A stretch of DNA of 62,303 nt, taken from NCBI GenBank assembly GCA_964557085.1, contig CAZKYS010000001.1, forward strand, positions 1 through 62,303. Direction: 5' to 3'. Source of the DNA: an uncultured Caulobacteraceae bacterium. GTDB taxonomy: Bacteria; Pseudomonadota; Alphaproteobacteria; Caulobacterales; Aquidulcibacteraceae. The notes beneath the pieces are model-generated. The model saw nothing but the letters and a program-made list of their open reading frames with translations. It searched no databases and was not told the DNA's origin. Positions 43,956-53,890 of this stretch are shown one piece after another (within the stretch, counting starts at the first letter, position 1; each line of letters starts with the position of its first letter). A program made the translations under genes and the position numbers.

Positions 43956-45479
43956 ATGCCAATAGAAATGCAACAACAAGATTTATCTTCTAAAAATGCG
44001 CCATTTATAAAAATATCTGGCGATGATAATGTTGCAATCGCTTTAAAAGATTTAACAAACGGGCAAATTATTGAACTTGATGGCGAAGCTTTTAAACTTA
44101 AAGAGCCTATTAAAAAAGGCCATAAATTTGCAACCCGCCAAATAGAAAAATCACAAAACATATTCAAATTCGGATTCCCAATTGGAAGCGCGACCCAAGA
44201 AATTGCAATTGGTGAATGGGTTCATACCCATAATTTAAAAAGCAATCTTGAGGGCGGGAAAATCCAATTCGATTATAAAAAACCAAATATTTCACCCGCG
44301 CGAATTTGCGATTTAGAAATCAATGCCTATCGGCGGCAAGATGGCAAAATTGGAATTCGCAATGAAATTTGGATATTTCCAACTGTTGGCTGTGTCTCTG
44401 CTTTGGCGCAAAAATTAGCGCGTGACGCGTCATTAAAAAAAGATGATAATATTGATGGCATTCATTCTTTTGCGCATCAATTTGGCTGCTCCCAATTGGG
44501 TGATGATTTGGATGCCACAAAAAATATCATTGCAAGTCTTGCGATGCACCCCAATTCGTGCGGGGTTTTGATAATTGGTTTAGGTTGTGAAAACAATCGC
44601 TTATCAAAATTATTGGAATCAATACCTGAAGAATATCATTACAAAATCAAAAGCTTTGAAGCCCAAAAAGTTGATGATGAATATCAATATGGAATGTCAC
44701 TTTTGGGGCAAATTATTGATGAAAATAAAAACGCAAAACGTGAAAGCGTAAATTTAAACGAGCTTGTAATTGGCGTTAAATGCGGTGGCTCCGATGGTTT
44801 TTCAGGGCTTAGCGCAAACCCTTTAATTGGGCGCATAAGCAAATTTTTCACAAATATTGGCGCCAAAGTTATTATGACAGAAATACCCGAAGTTTTCGGC
44901 GCCGAAAACATCCTATTTGCCAATTGCAAAGACAAAAAAACTTATCAAAACCTATTTTCTATGATTGAAAATTTCAAAAATTATTTTATCCAAAATGGGC
45001 AGAAAATATATGAAAACCCCTCCCCCGGAAATAAGGATGGCGGGATAAGTACATTGGAAGAAAAATCACTTGGCGCAGTTCAAAAAAGCGGCGGCGCAAT
45101 AATTACTGACGTCCTTGAATATGGTCAGATTGTAAAAGAAAACGGCCTAAGTGTTTTGAACGCCCCCGGAAATGATGCAATCTCATCCACCGCCCTTGCC
45201 GCAAGTGGGGCGCATATAATCTTATTCTCAACAGGGCGCGGAACGCCACTTGGGTTTTGTGTTCCAACATTAAAAATCGCCTCTAATAGTGAGCTTGCAA
45301 AAAATAAAAGCCATTGGATTGATTTTGACGCGGGCGAAGTTTTACAAAGCGGCGAATTTGAACATGCGCAAAATAATTTAATCAGCCAAATAATTGCAAT
45401 TGCCAATGGTGAGCCAACAAAAAATGAAATCAATGAAATCCGTGAATTTGCGCTTTGGAAAAATGGGGTGACATTATGA
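43956..45479 (+). CDS. uxaA: Altronate dehydratase
   Basis: SAF-like DNVAIAL...GHKFA...WVHTHN, GCSQLGDD, KCGGSDG, NPSPGNKDGG, TLEEKSLG. Confidence 0.92.
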   Translation: MPIEMQQQDLSSKNAPFIKISGDDNVAIALKDLTNGQIIELDGEAFKLKEPIKKGHKFATRQIEKSQNIFKFGFPIGSATQEIAIGEWVHTHNLKSNLEGGKIQFDYKKPNISPARICDLEINAYRRQDGKIGIRNEIWIFPTVGCVSALAQKLARDASLKKDDNIDGIHSFAHQFGCSQLGDDLDATKNIIASLAMHPNSCGVLIIGLGCENNRLSKLLESIPEEYHYKIKSFEAQKVDDEYQYGMSLLGQIIDENKNAKRESVNLNELVIGVKCGGSDGFSGLSANPLIGRISKFFTNIGAKVIMTEIPEVFGAENILFANCKDKKTYQNLFSMIENFKNYFIQNGQKIYENPSPGNKDGGISTLEEKSLGAVQKSGGAIITDVLEYGQIVKENGLSVLNAPGNDAISSTALAASGAHIILFSTGRGTPLGFCVPTLKIASNSELAKNKSHWIDFDAGEVLQSGEFEHAQNNLISQIIAIANGEPTKNEINEIREFALWKNGVTL

Positions 45480-46915
45480 TTGCTCTTAATCAGGCGAATT
45501 TAGAGAAAATTGCTCAAAATGCCATTTTGCCGAAATATGATCGTGATAAAATCCAAATTGGAGTAATTCATTTTGGCCCTGGCGCATTTCACCGCGCACA
45601 TCAGGCATATTATTTCGATAAATTACTTGAAACTAATCCAAATTACGCAATTTGCGAGGTTTCGCTTCATTCAAAAAATGTGCGTGACGCGCTTCTACAC
45701 CAAGATAATTTATACACAATTGCGCAAATTGATGCCGAACCAAAAATGCAAATCATTGGTTCAATCAAGGAGTTTTTGGTTGCACCTGAAAACCCGCAAA
45801 AAGTAATTGATACTTTGGCAAATGAAAATATAAAATTTGTTACAAGCACTATCACTGAAAAAGGCTATTATCTTGATAATCAAGGAAAACTTGATTTTAA
45901 CGCAACAGAAATTGCACACGATTTACAAAATCCAGACAGCCCCAAAAGCTATATAGGTTTTATTATGGCAGGCCTTAGAGCGCGGAAAGTTAAGGGCCTG
46001 CCACCATTTACAATCATTGTTTGCGATAATCTTTCAAATAATGGAAATTTAATCAAAGCTGCGATTTTGGATTTTGCGCAAAAGTGTGATGCGCAAATGC
46101 TTGATTATTTAAAACCCCTTCAATGCCCCTGCACAATGGTTGATAGTATTACCCCTGCAACCGATGATGCATTGCGGGCTAAAGTTGCCGCAATAATTGG
46201 TGCACAAGATAATTGGCCAATTGCGCGCGAAAGTTTCACCCAATGGGTTATTGAAGATTTTGAAAATAGCAATCAAATTGATTGGCAAAAAATCGGTGTT
46301 GAAATTACCAAAGATGTCAAACAATATGAACGTGCAAAACTAAAAATCCTAAATGGTGCGCATTCTTCAATGGCTTATTATGGCATTTTGAAGGGGCATA
46401 AAAATGTTTATGAAACCACCCAAGATAAAGAGATAATAGATTATATTAAAGATATGATTTTTAATGAAATTATTCCTTTAATAGATGCCGATTTTTTACT
46501 TGAAAATTATGCAATTGCGGTTTTAAAAAGATTTGAAAATCCAATAATTGATCACCAAATTTCACAAATCGCATGGGACGGAAGTAAGAAATTACCCGTT
46601 CGACTTTTGCAATCAATCAATGAAGCAATTGAACAAAATAAGCCTTATGAAAACATGACTTTTGCAATTGCCTGCTGGTTTGCCTTTATAAAAAAAATGG
46701 CAAAATCAGGAATTAAAATCATTGATCCAATCGGCGAAAAATTAAACCAAATTGGCAAAGACTTGAAAGGTGAAATAGATGATATTGACCTTTTGATACA
46801 GGTCACAGGGATTTTTGACCAAAAACTTTGCCAAAACCAAGATTTCATCAACAAACTTAAATCAAAATATATAAAAGCAATTAGTTACAAGGAAACCCAA
46901 TATGAAAATGCATAA
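45476..46915 (+). CDS. Mannitol-dehydrogenase family oxidoreductase (probable tagaturonate/fructuronate reductase)
   Basis: HFGPGAFHRAHQA, TITEKGY, CDN, MVDSITP, KLKILNGAH; ATGA-coupled to uxaA. Confidence 0.88.
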   Translation: MIALNQANLEKIAQNAILPKYDRDKIQIGVIHFGPGAFHRAHQAYYFDKLLETNPNYAICEVSLHSKNVRDALLHQDNLYTIAQIDAEPKMQIIGSIKEFLVAPENPQKVIDTLANENIKFVTSTITEKGYYLDNQGKLDFNATEIAHDLQNPDSPKSYIGFIMAGLRARKVKGLPPFTIIVCDNLSNNGNLIKAAILDFAQKCDAQMLDYLKPLQCPCTMVDSITPATDDALRAKVAAIIGAQDNWPIARESFTQWVIEDFENSNQIDWQKIGVEITKDVKQYERAKLKILNGAHSSMAYYGILKGHKNVYETTQDKEIIDYIKDMIFNEIIPLIDADFLLENYAIAVLKRFENPIIDHQISQIAWDGSKKLPVRLLQSINEAIEQNKPYENMTFAIACWFAFIKKMAKSGIKIIDPIGEKLNQIGKDLKGEIDDIDLLIQVTGIFDQKLCQNQDFINKLKSKYIKAISYKETQYENA

Positions 46916-48266
46916 TATTGCAAATAAAATCCTTTTTATCGGTATTTCAAGCGCTTTGATAGGCGCACCAATTGCGGCGAATGCAAAACCTATCGAAGCG
47001 CCAAAATTAAACCGCGCCACTTATGATTTCACCGCATGGGCCAAAGATACAAAGGGCGGCAAAGGTGGGCGCATAATTCGCGTAACCAATCTAAACGGCG
47101 ATGGCGCAGGTTCATTGCGCGAGGCAATCGAGGCGCAAGGCCCACGAATTGTTGTTTTTGAAGTTGGCGGCGTAATTGATTTAGGAGGTAAAACCCTTTC
47201 AATCAAAAACCCATATATTACAATCGCAGGGCAAACTGCCCCCGGCCCCGGCATCACATTAATTCGCGGCGAAACCAATGCATCAAATAGCCATGATATT
47301 ATAATTCAACACTTAATGTTCCGTTCTGGCGATATGGGGAAATTGATTAAATCGGGCGGCGATATGGATAGTTTCTCTACTGTCGGTTCATATAATGTAA
47401 TTGTTGATCATTGCAGTTTTTCATGGGGAACGGATGAGAATTTATCAGCTTCTGGGAAGCGTTTTAAAGGCAAAGATGTCAATGAATGGCGTCAAAATAC
47501 GTCGCACAACATAACATATTCAAACAATCTTATTTTCGAAGGGCTTGCCAATTCAATCCATCCGAAGGGTGAACATTCAAAAGGTGGCTTGATACATGAT
47601 AATGCAACGGGCATTTTGATTTATGGCAATGTCTATGCATCAAATATGGAAAGAAACGCCTTGTTCAAAGGTGGGGTTCATGCCGCCGAAATTAACAATC
47701 TTATTTTTAACCCTGGGCAAAAAGCAATTCATTATAATTTGATTGCCCACGAATGGGAAAATGTTCCATATCAAAATGGCGTGATAACTTTGATTGGCAA
47801 TATTTATCGCCAAGGTCCTGATACTAAAAAGGATTTACCTTTATTCACATTGGGCGGCGCAGGTGATGTTGAACTTTATATGAAAGATAATATTGCCAAA
47901 GATTTTAATGGTAAAGCCTTGCCGCAAGTTGGAAATTATACTGATGGCGGCGCAAAAATTATTAATGCGAAAACACCATATTTATCGCCTGATATAAAAA
48001 TCATCCCGTCAAATAAATTAGAAGATCAAATCTATTTTGCGGTTGGCGCACGCCCTTGGGCACGCGACCCAATTGATTTCAAAATTCTTTCCGACGTTGC
48101 CGAAGGCCGTGGGCAGATTATCAATACCCAAGAGCAAAATTATATTGGCTATCCAAAATATGCACCAGTTTCAAAAGATTTCAACGAGGCCGATTGGAAT
48201 CTGGATGATATGTCACCCAAAACGGGTTGGCAAAGCCTTTTTCCGAAAGTTGGGATGGAACATTAA
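46902..48266 (+). CDS. Secreted pectate lyase (PL1-like beta-helix)
   Basis: Signal peptide, GGKGGRIIRVTNL, GSLREAI, TIAGQTAPG, VIVDHCSFSWGTDE. Confidence 0.88.
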   Translation: MKMHNIANKILFIGISSALIGAPIAANAKPIEAPKLNRATYDFTAWAKDTKGGKGGRIIRVTNLNGDGAGSLREAIEAQGPRIVVFEVGGVIDLGGKTLSIKNPYITIAGQTAPGPGITLIRGETNASNSHDIIIQHLMFRSGDMGKLIKSGGDMDSFSTVGSYNVIVDHCSFSWGTDENLSASGKRFKGKDVNEWRQNTSHNITYSNNLIFEGLANSIHPKGEHSKGGLIHDNATGILIYGNVYASNMERNALFKGGVHAAEINNLIFNPGQKAIHYNLIAHEWENVPYQNGVITLIGNIYRQGPDTKKDLPLFTLGGAGDVELYMKDNIAKDFNGKALPQVGNYTDGGAKIINAKTPYLSPDIKIIPSNKLEDQIYFAVGARPWARDPIDFKILSDVAEGRGQIINTQEQNYIGYPKYAPVSKDFNEADWNLDDMSPKTGWQSLFPKVGMEH

Positions 48267-48295
48267 TAAAAATAAGAAAATGCCTCGAAATAACT

Positions 48296-48323
48296 TGCCC
48301 CGCAATTTTTGTGGGGCATTTTT
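48296..48323 (+). terminator. Intrinsic terminator between convergent genes
   Basis: TGCCCCGCAA-ttt-TTGTGGGGCA followed by TTTTT. Confidence 0.7.
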
Positions 48324-49893
48324 ATAGGGCGCGGTATTTGAAATTTTTATATGACACTTTACCCGTGCCGCACGAATAAATGGCAGGTTTTAACATCATA
48401 AAACCACCGCGCACATTGTGATTATAGCCTGAAACTTCCATGCCCCTATCAAAGCGTTTCCAATTTTTGCCATCTGATGACGTAAAAAATGAAACTATAT
48501 TTTCAAAATTGCGAAGGCGCATGAATAATTTTTTGCCATATGGATTTTTGGGTTTTCCGCGTTCAATACCATATTGGTGGGTAATAAAATTATTGGAATT
48601 GAAGCCAAGGCCACAATAAAGCATTTTGTCATAAAATAACAAAAGACCGCCCCATGAATTATCTTCAATCTCTATTTGCGCCTCAATTTCTAATGCTCTA
48701 TCACCGACAATAAAACCAAGCGGCGCGCTATTTGATGGCGCATTTCCAATTGCACCCAATTCAAGAATATTATCATTGATATTTAGGCGATTAATATCAT
48801 TTTGACCAATATAATTCCATTGAATCCCAAATTTTGATTTGGAAAAATCATCACTTAGTGCGATACCATTGGGTGATTTAAATTTGGCTTTTGGCGCTTT
48901 AATTGGTTTTGATAAATCATCACCGCCAAATATTGGCCAGCCATCTTTTGACCATGTAACAGGCGCAAGCAAACATTGCCGCCCCAATGTTATAAAGTCT
49001 TTTTCATAACCATGATAGACCGACCAAAATTCGCCCGAATTGGTTTGAAAAATAGTTGCATGACCGCGCGACCACCACATTTCATTTTTGGATTTTGAGC
49101 GAACCAACGGATTTTGCGGGCAATTTTCAAATGGGCCGTGAATTGATTTTGAACGCGCAGCAATTACCATATGCCCCGTTGGTGGCCCTGCGGTTCCGCC
49201 AATTGCGGTTATAAGATAATAATATTGCCCATGTTTAAAGATTTTTGGCCCTTCGGGTGAAAAGCCTTCAACATCCCAATCATCGGGATATTTCCATGGC
49301 TTATATATGTTTATTGGTGCATCAAGAACTTTTAGGCCATCATCAGATAAAGTCACCCTATCGCCGCCTGATAAGAATAAATAACGTTTATTATCTTCGC
49401 CAATTGCATGGCCGGGGTCGATATGATTATGAAGTCCTAAATCAATTGGGTCTGACCATTTACCATCAATTTTATCACTATAAATTACGTAGATTGTGTT
49501 TTGCTTTGGGTGTTTTACCGCAAAATAAATATAAAAACGCCCATTAACTTTCACCAAATCTGGCGCCCAAACTGAACCAACATATTGGCTTAGGGCATAG
49601 GTAATCGGCATCCAATTTATTAAATCTTTTGAATGATAAATTACCAATCCTGGATAGGCTTCAAAACTTGAAACCGTAAGATAATAATCATCGCCATCGC
49701 GCAAAATTGATGGGTCTGGGTGATCCCCTGATATTATTGGATTTAGAAAATAGCCATTTCCCAAATCTGCTTTGCGCTGATTTTCAATTCCACGCGCCCA
49801 TTTTGCCATTGGCGCACAATCAGCAAATGCTGGATTAGAAAAAAGGCCAAGCGCACTAGCGCCAGATAATTTTATTGTGTCACGGCGGTTCAT
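48322..49893 (-). CDS. GH43 glycoside hydrolase, Tat-exported
   Basis: MNRRDTIKL Tat-like signal, HPDPSI, WAPD, IDP, EGP, GHA motifs. Confidence 0.9.
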   Translation of the reverse strand: MNRRDTIKLSGASALGLFSNPAFADCAPMAKWARGIENQRKADLGNGYFLNPIISGDHPDPSILRDGDDYYLTVSSFEAYPGLVIYHSKDLINWMPITYALSQYVGSVWAPDLVKVNGRFYIYFAVKHPKQNTIYVIYSDKIDGKWSDPIDLGLHNHIDPGHAIGEDNKRYLFLSGGDRVTLSDDGLKVLDAPINIYKPWKYPDDWDVEGFSPEGPKIFKHGQYYYLITAIGGTAGPPTGHMVIAARSKSIHGPFENCPQNPLVRSKSKNEMWWSRGHATIFQTNSGEFWSVYHGYEKDFITLGRQCLLAPVTWSKDGWPIFGGDDLSKPIKAPKAKFKSPNGIALSDDFSKSKFGIQWNYIGQNDINRLNINDNILELGAIGNAPSNSAPLGFIVGDRALEIEAQIEIEDNSWGGLLLFYDKMLYCGLGFNSNNFITHQYGIERGKPKNPYGKKLFMRLRNFENIVSFFTSSDGKNWKRFDRGMEVSGYNHNVRGGFMMLKPAIYSCGTGKVSYKNFKYRAL

Positions 49894-51570
49894 TTATGTG
49901 CCCTGTTGTATGAATGGAACTTTTTCGAATAATTTGCGTTCTTGCCCGCGCGGGTCATTTTGCATTTTGCATTTTGTATCAAAAATCATGGTTGCGCGAT
50001 TTGGTAATTTATATTTTTCCCATTTTGGCAATTCATTACTTTGCGGATTTGCAAATTTGGCAAAATTGGCAATGCTTTTGGAAAATATCTTTGCAACCAA
50101 CTTTGCCCCGACCCCATCATCACTTAATGATGATTTGGCATTTGTGGTTTGAAATGCCATTGGAATATCAATTGTGTGCGGCGCACCCCATTTGCCATTA
50201 TCTTTTTGTGATTGATAATCAAATTGATAGACATAAGCGGGGTTGGTTTTTGCCCTCTCCTCGGCCTCAATGATTGCGCCGCGCCATGAACGGCCCGCAG
50301 TAGTGGCGGCAAAGAAAACATCAGATGGCGAATAATTTGGATATATTTTGCGATAGGTTTCAATTACCAAATATGGATCAATATCAACCCTATATTGCGA
50401 TGGAAGTTTTTTGGGTAAATCATTCCATGTCAAATTATGATTGGCAGGGTCATTGCCCAAAAATAGTTTTGTTTCATCATGCGTATTGCCAATTATCATT
50501 GGCACATTAATACCCCAACCATTGGCATTTGGGTAAAATGGATGATTGAATAAAATTACTTCATCCAAAACTGGCCCCAAATAAAGGCCACCATTTCCTA
50601 TTATTGGGTCAATTGTTTTTAAGGCCGCGATTATTTCATTTTGCGGTACTTTGGTAATCAAATCCAAGCCATTCAAGTCAGGCTTTAGGCCGAGAGCATT
50701 CAAAAGCGATATTGCGCGCTTGGTGGCATTACCCCCGCCTGATGCTGTAACCTGCTGCCCCGACATTGTAAGGGCGCGTGAAAAAAGCCCTTTGGCGCTT
50801 GGTGTCGCCATTAAGGTGGCGATTTTTGCACCACCGCCCGATTGCCCAAAGGCCATAATTCGATTGGCATCACCACCAAATTGGGAAATATTTTCTTTAA
50901 CCCATTTCAGGGCTAAAATTATATCAAGCTGACCGACATTTCCCGATTGGGCAAACTTGCCATAATTACCCTTTAATTCACGTTCTAATCGCGCCAAATA
51001 TAAATAACCAAAGGCATTAAGGCGATGATTTATCGAAACCACAATAACATCATAATCATTGCACAATTTCGTTCCATCATACATTTGGTCGGAACCTGAA
51101 CCATTTGAATAAGCGCCGCCATGAATATAAAACATTACCGCACGCTTTTTATTATCAAGCGCCGGCGTAAAAATATTCAAAAATAAACAATCTTCGGATT
51201 GATTTGATTCATTGCTTGATTGCGGGCTTGACGCGCCATATTCAAAGGCGTTTAATTCACCATTCCATGATTTTGCTCTTGGCGCTTGAAACCTTTGGTT
51301 TGATGTATCATCGCCATAGGGAATGCCTTTGAAAACAAAAATATCATTTTCAAACTTGCCATTAATAATACCAGATTTCGTCAAAACCCGCGTATTTTTG
51401 GGCGCGCCAATGGCAGGGGCGGCAATCATTGAAATTCCAAAAGCCCCAATAAATTCGCGTCTAGTGCTTTTCCCATTTCGATTATATCGAAATGGGGCAC
51501 TAGATTCCTTTGTTTGGCGTGTTTCTTGTCCAAAAACCGCTTCACACTTTTTGGGAAACGCTCTATGCAT
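49894..51570 (-). CDS. Type-B carboxylesterase, Tat-exported, with 34-aa element-derived N-terminal insert
   Basis: FKGIPY, SEDCLFLN, IHGG, FGQSGGG nucleophile, GAPH; STRREFI twin-Arg. Confidence 0.92.
   Translation of the reverse strand: MHRAFPKKCEAVFGQETRQTKESSAPFRYNRNGKSTRREFIGAFGISMIAAPAIGAPKNTRVLTKSGIINGKFENDIFVFKGIPYGDDTSNQRFQAPRAKSWNGELNAFEYGASSPQSSNESNQSEDCLFLNIFTPALDNKKRAVMFYIHGGAYSNGSGSDQMYDGTKLCNDYDVIVVSINHRLNAFGYLYLARLERELKGNYGKFAQSGNVGQLDIILALKWVKENISQFGGDANRIMAFGQSGGGAKIATLMATPSAKGLFSRALTMSGQQVTASGGGNATKRAISLLNALGLKPDLNGLDLITKVPQNEIIAALKTIDPIIGNGGLYLGPVLDEVILFNHPFYPNANGWGINVPMIIGNTHDETKLFLGNDPANHNLTWNDLPKKLPSQYRVDIDPYLVIETYRKIYPNYSPSDVFFAATTAGRSWRGAIIEAEERAKTNPAYVYQFDYQSQKDNGKWGAPHTIDIPMAFQTTNAKSSLSDDGVGAKLVAKIFSKSIANFAKFANPQSNELPKWEKYKLPNRATMIFDTKCKMQNDPRGQERKLFEKVPFIQQGT
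51462..51565. mobile_element. MITE-like palindromic element (RIME/Bru-RS-like) inserted at TA
   Basis: Ends TAGTGCTTTTCCC and (minus strand) TAGAGCGTTTCCC match 11/13 as inverted repeats; TA at both ends; internal hairpins CCCATTTCGAT-tat-ATCGAAATGGG and CCAAAAA...TTTTTGG. Confidence 0.85.
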
Positions 51571-51577
51571 ATTTCAC

Positions 51578-52489
51578 CTATGGAATTAAATAATCTGACA
51601 ATTCAGGGACAGATTTGGCAAGTTCGCGCGCAACAATTGCCGAAAAGAACTTTGCACCATTTTCACCAATATGCGTGTAATCAAAACTAAGATTGACTTT
51701 TCCGCTTGGAACACCGCTTGGTTTTGGTTTTTCTGCAATGCAATTTTGTGTGCTTGGCGCTTGAATACAATTCATTGTCGCAGAAGGCGGCGCAGGTTTT
51801 GGAGCTTCTTTTGTTGTGCCGGTTTTGGCGGCATCAATCAAATCCTGCGATGGTGGCAATTGCGCCAATTCAAGTGATTTTACAGCCCCCATTTCCTGAA
51901 CTGCCTGCGCAGATGCCGCATTTAAATCAAGCAATGGCACTTTTTCTTCTGCCGCGATTTTTCGTATTGCATCCGCCCACGGCACAAGGTCATTTTTCAA
52001 AACGCCATCTTTAAACATGCGCCGTGTTAATGGCGTTACCAAAATTGGGATTGCGCCTGTCTGTTTGGCTTCAATAACATATTGGCGCATAAATTCGGGG
52101 AATTCAGTCGCTAAATCAGTTGAACGCCCCGCCTTACCTGGCATATCATTATGACCCAATTGAATAAGGACGTATGTTTTTTGATAGCCTTGTGTCTTCA
52201 TTTCATTAAGCGCGATTTGCCATGAGCCTTCTGCACGATATGAAAAAGATGAACGCCCCCCGCGCCCCAAATCAATACAAGCAACACTTGAAACCAAATG
52301 GTTTGCACAAAACTGCCCGCCCCATCCTGATAAAACTTGGGTTGTTGAATCGCCAACCAAAATTATTTTGCGCGCCGATATTGGATTATGCGCCGCGCGC
52401 GCTTCCTTATCATTTTGCGCAAGACCTTGGGCATTGGCAAATGATGGAAAAAGCGAACACGCAAGCGAAAATGCGATTAGGCGTTTCAT
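51578..52489 (-). CDS. Rhamnogalacturonan/pectin acetylesterase (CE12-like SGNH hydrolase)
   Basis: Signal peptide, LVGDST, GRGGRSS, QLGHND, DYTH. Confidence 0.88.
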   Translation of the reverse strand: MKRLIAFSLACSLFPSFANAQGLAQNDKEARAAHNPISARKIILVGDSTTQVLSGWGGQFCANHLVSSVACIDLGRGGRSSFSYRAEGSWQIALNEMKTQGYQKTYVLIQLGHNDMPGKAGRSTDLATEFPEFMRQYVIEAKQTGAIPILVTPLTRRMFKDGVLKNDLVPWADAIRKIAAEEKVPLLDLNAASAQAVQEMGAVKSLELAQLPPSQDLIDAAKTGTTKEAPKPAPPSATMNCIQAPSTQNCIAEKPKPSGVPSGKVNLSFDYTHIGENGAKFFSAIVARELAKSVPELSDYLIP

Positions 52490-53784
52490 AATTTTGCTTG
52501 TTCCAATTTCGGGCTTAGGATTTGCACCACTAAAAGCGCCAATAAATAAACCGAACCTGCGATAATGAATAAAATATGATATGAACCTGTGGCCTGTAAA
52601 ATTGCGCCAACGGTTTTTGAGAATATCATTCCCCCAATCGCGCCGACCATGCCGCCAATCCCAATAACTGATGCAACCGCAGAACGTGGGAACATATCAG
52701 ATGGCAATGTATAAATATTTGCCGAAAAAGCCTGATGCGATGCGGTAGCGATACCAATTATCAAAACTGCCGCCCACATATTTGAAACTTGGGTAACAAA
52801 GAAAATTGGCAAAACACATAGTGCAAAAATCAAAAGCGTTATTTTACGCGCATGATTTACTGATAAACCACGCTTAATTAGATTTGATGAAACAAAGCCA
52901 CCAATTACCGACCCAACATCAGAAATCAAATAAATAACAACCAATGGCAAACCAATGGCAAACCATGCAACCGATGAAGATTTCAAATCAAAATGATAGT
53001 TTTTTGATAAAAAATCAGGAAGCCAGAATAAATAAAACCACCAAATTGGATCAATCAGAAACTTTGCAATCGCATAAGCCCATGTTTCTTTTACAAAAAG
53101 CAATTTCACCCAAGGCGTTTTTTCTGAAATATCAGCAGGGTCACTTTGGATTAATGCCAATTCTTGGGCATTAACCTGTTTGGCTTTGGTTGGGTGCTTA
53201 TAAATTAATTGCCATGCAATAAGCCATGCCATACTTGCAAGACCGGTTACAAAAAACGCGGATTGCCAACCAAAAGAAAGCGTAAGAAGCGGAACAACTA
53301 ATGGGGCAACAATTGCACCAATATTTGAACCTGCGTTAAAAACCCCTGCCGCTGCTGCGCGCTCTTTTTGCGGGAACCATTCGGCAATTGCTTTAAGACT
53401 TGCGGGGAAAGAGCCTGCCTCACCTAAACCAAGGGCAACGCGTGCAAGCGTGAATTGAACAATATTGCTTGCAAAGCCTGTGAATGTATGCGCCAAAGTC
53501 CAAAGGGTGAAGGCAATTGCATAACCTGCCTTTGCACCAATTTTATCAATTATGCGCCCAAAACTTACATAGCCGATTGCATATGCCGCCTGAAACCAGA
53601 AAACCACATTGGCATAACCATTTTCATCCCAATGAAAAACATGTTGTAAATCATTTTTCAAAAGCCCCAAAGTTTGACGGTGAACATAATTAATCGCCAT
53701 TGCCGCAAGCAATAAAAAACAAATCGTCCAACGATAATTGCTTGCCTTTTGCTCATCCAAAGCATTGGTTTCTTGGTTTGACAT
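52486..53784 (-). CDS. exuT: Hexuronate MFS transporter
   Basis: RWTICFLL...INY, AEWFPQKERA, DPIWWFYLFWLP, YTLPSDMFP. Confidence 0.88.
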   Translation of the reverse strand: MSNQETNALDEQKASNYRWTICFLLLAAMAINYVHRQTLGLLKNDLQHVFHWDENGYANVVFWFQAAYAIGYVSFGRIIDKIGAKAGYAIAFTLWTLAHTFTGFASNIVQFTLARVALGLGEAGSFPASLKAIAEWFPQKERAAAAGVFNAGSNIGAIVAPLVVPLLTLSFGWQSAFFVTGLASMAWLIAWQLIYKHPTKAKQVNAQELALIQSDPADISEKTPWVKLLFVKETWAYAIAKFLIDPIWWFYLFWLPDFLSKNYHFDLKSSSVAWFAIGLPLVVIYLISDVGSVIGGFVSSNLIKRGLSVNHARKITLLIFALCVLPIFFVTQVSNMWAAVLIIGIATASHQAFSANIYTLPSDMFPRSAVASVIGIGGMVGAIGGMIFSKTVGAILQATGSYHILFIIAGSVYLLALLVVQILSPKLEQAKL

Positions 53785-53823
53785 ATTCCCTCCGACTTAT
53801 TTTTTCTTATAGATATATGTTTA

Positions 53824-53837
53824 TGACACCGGTGGCA
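53824..53837. promoter_or_regulatory. LacI-type operator
   Basis: TGACACCGGTGGCA 40 bp upstream of exuT. Confidence 0.8.
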
Positions 53838-53890
53838 ATACTATTTTTCCACAAAAGTAAAATTTATTTTTAACCAAAATTATAATTATA

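Noticed and set aside
51720-51810. Pro-rich insert with duplicated NCI in the CE12 esterase
   Set aside because: Looks like an ordinary variable loop with a possible disulfide; no further support.
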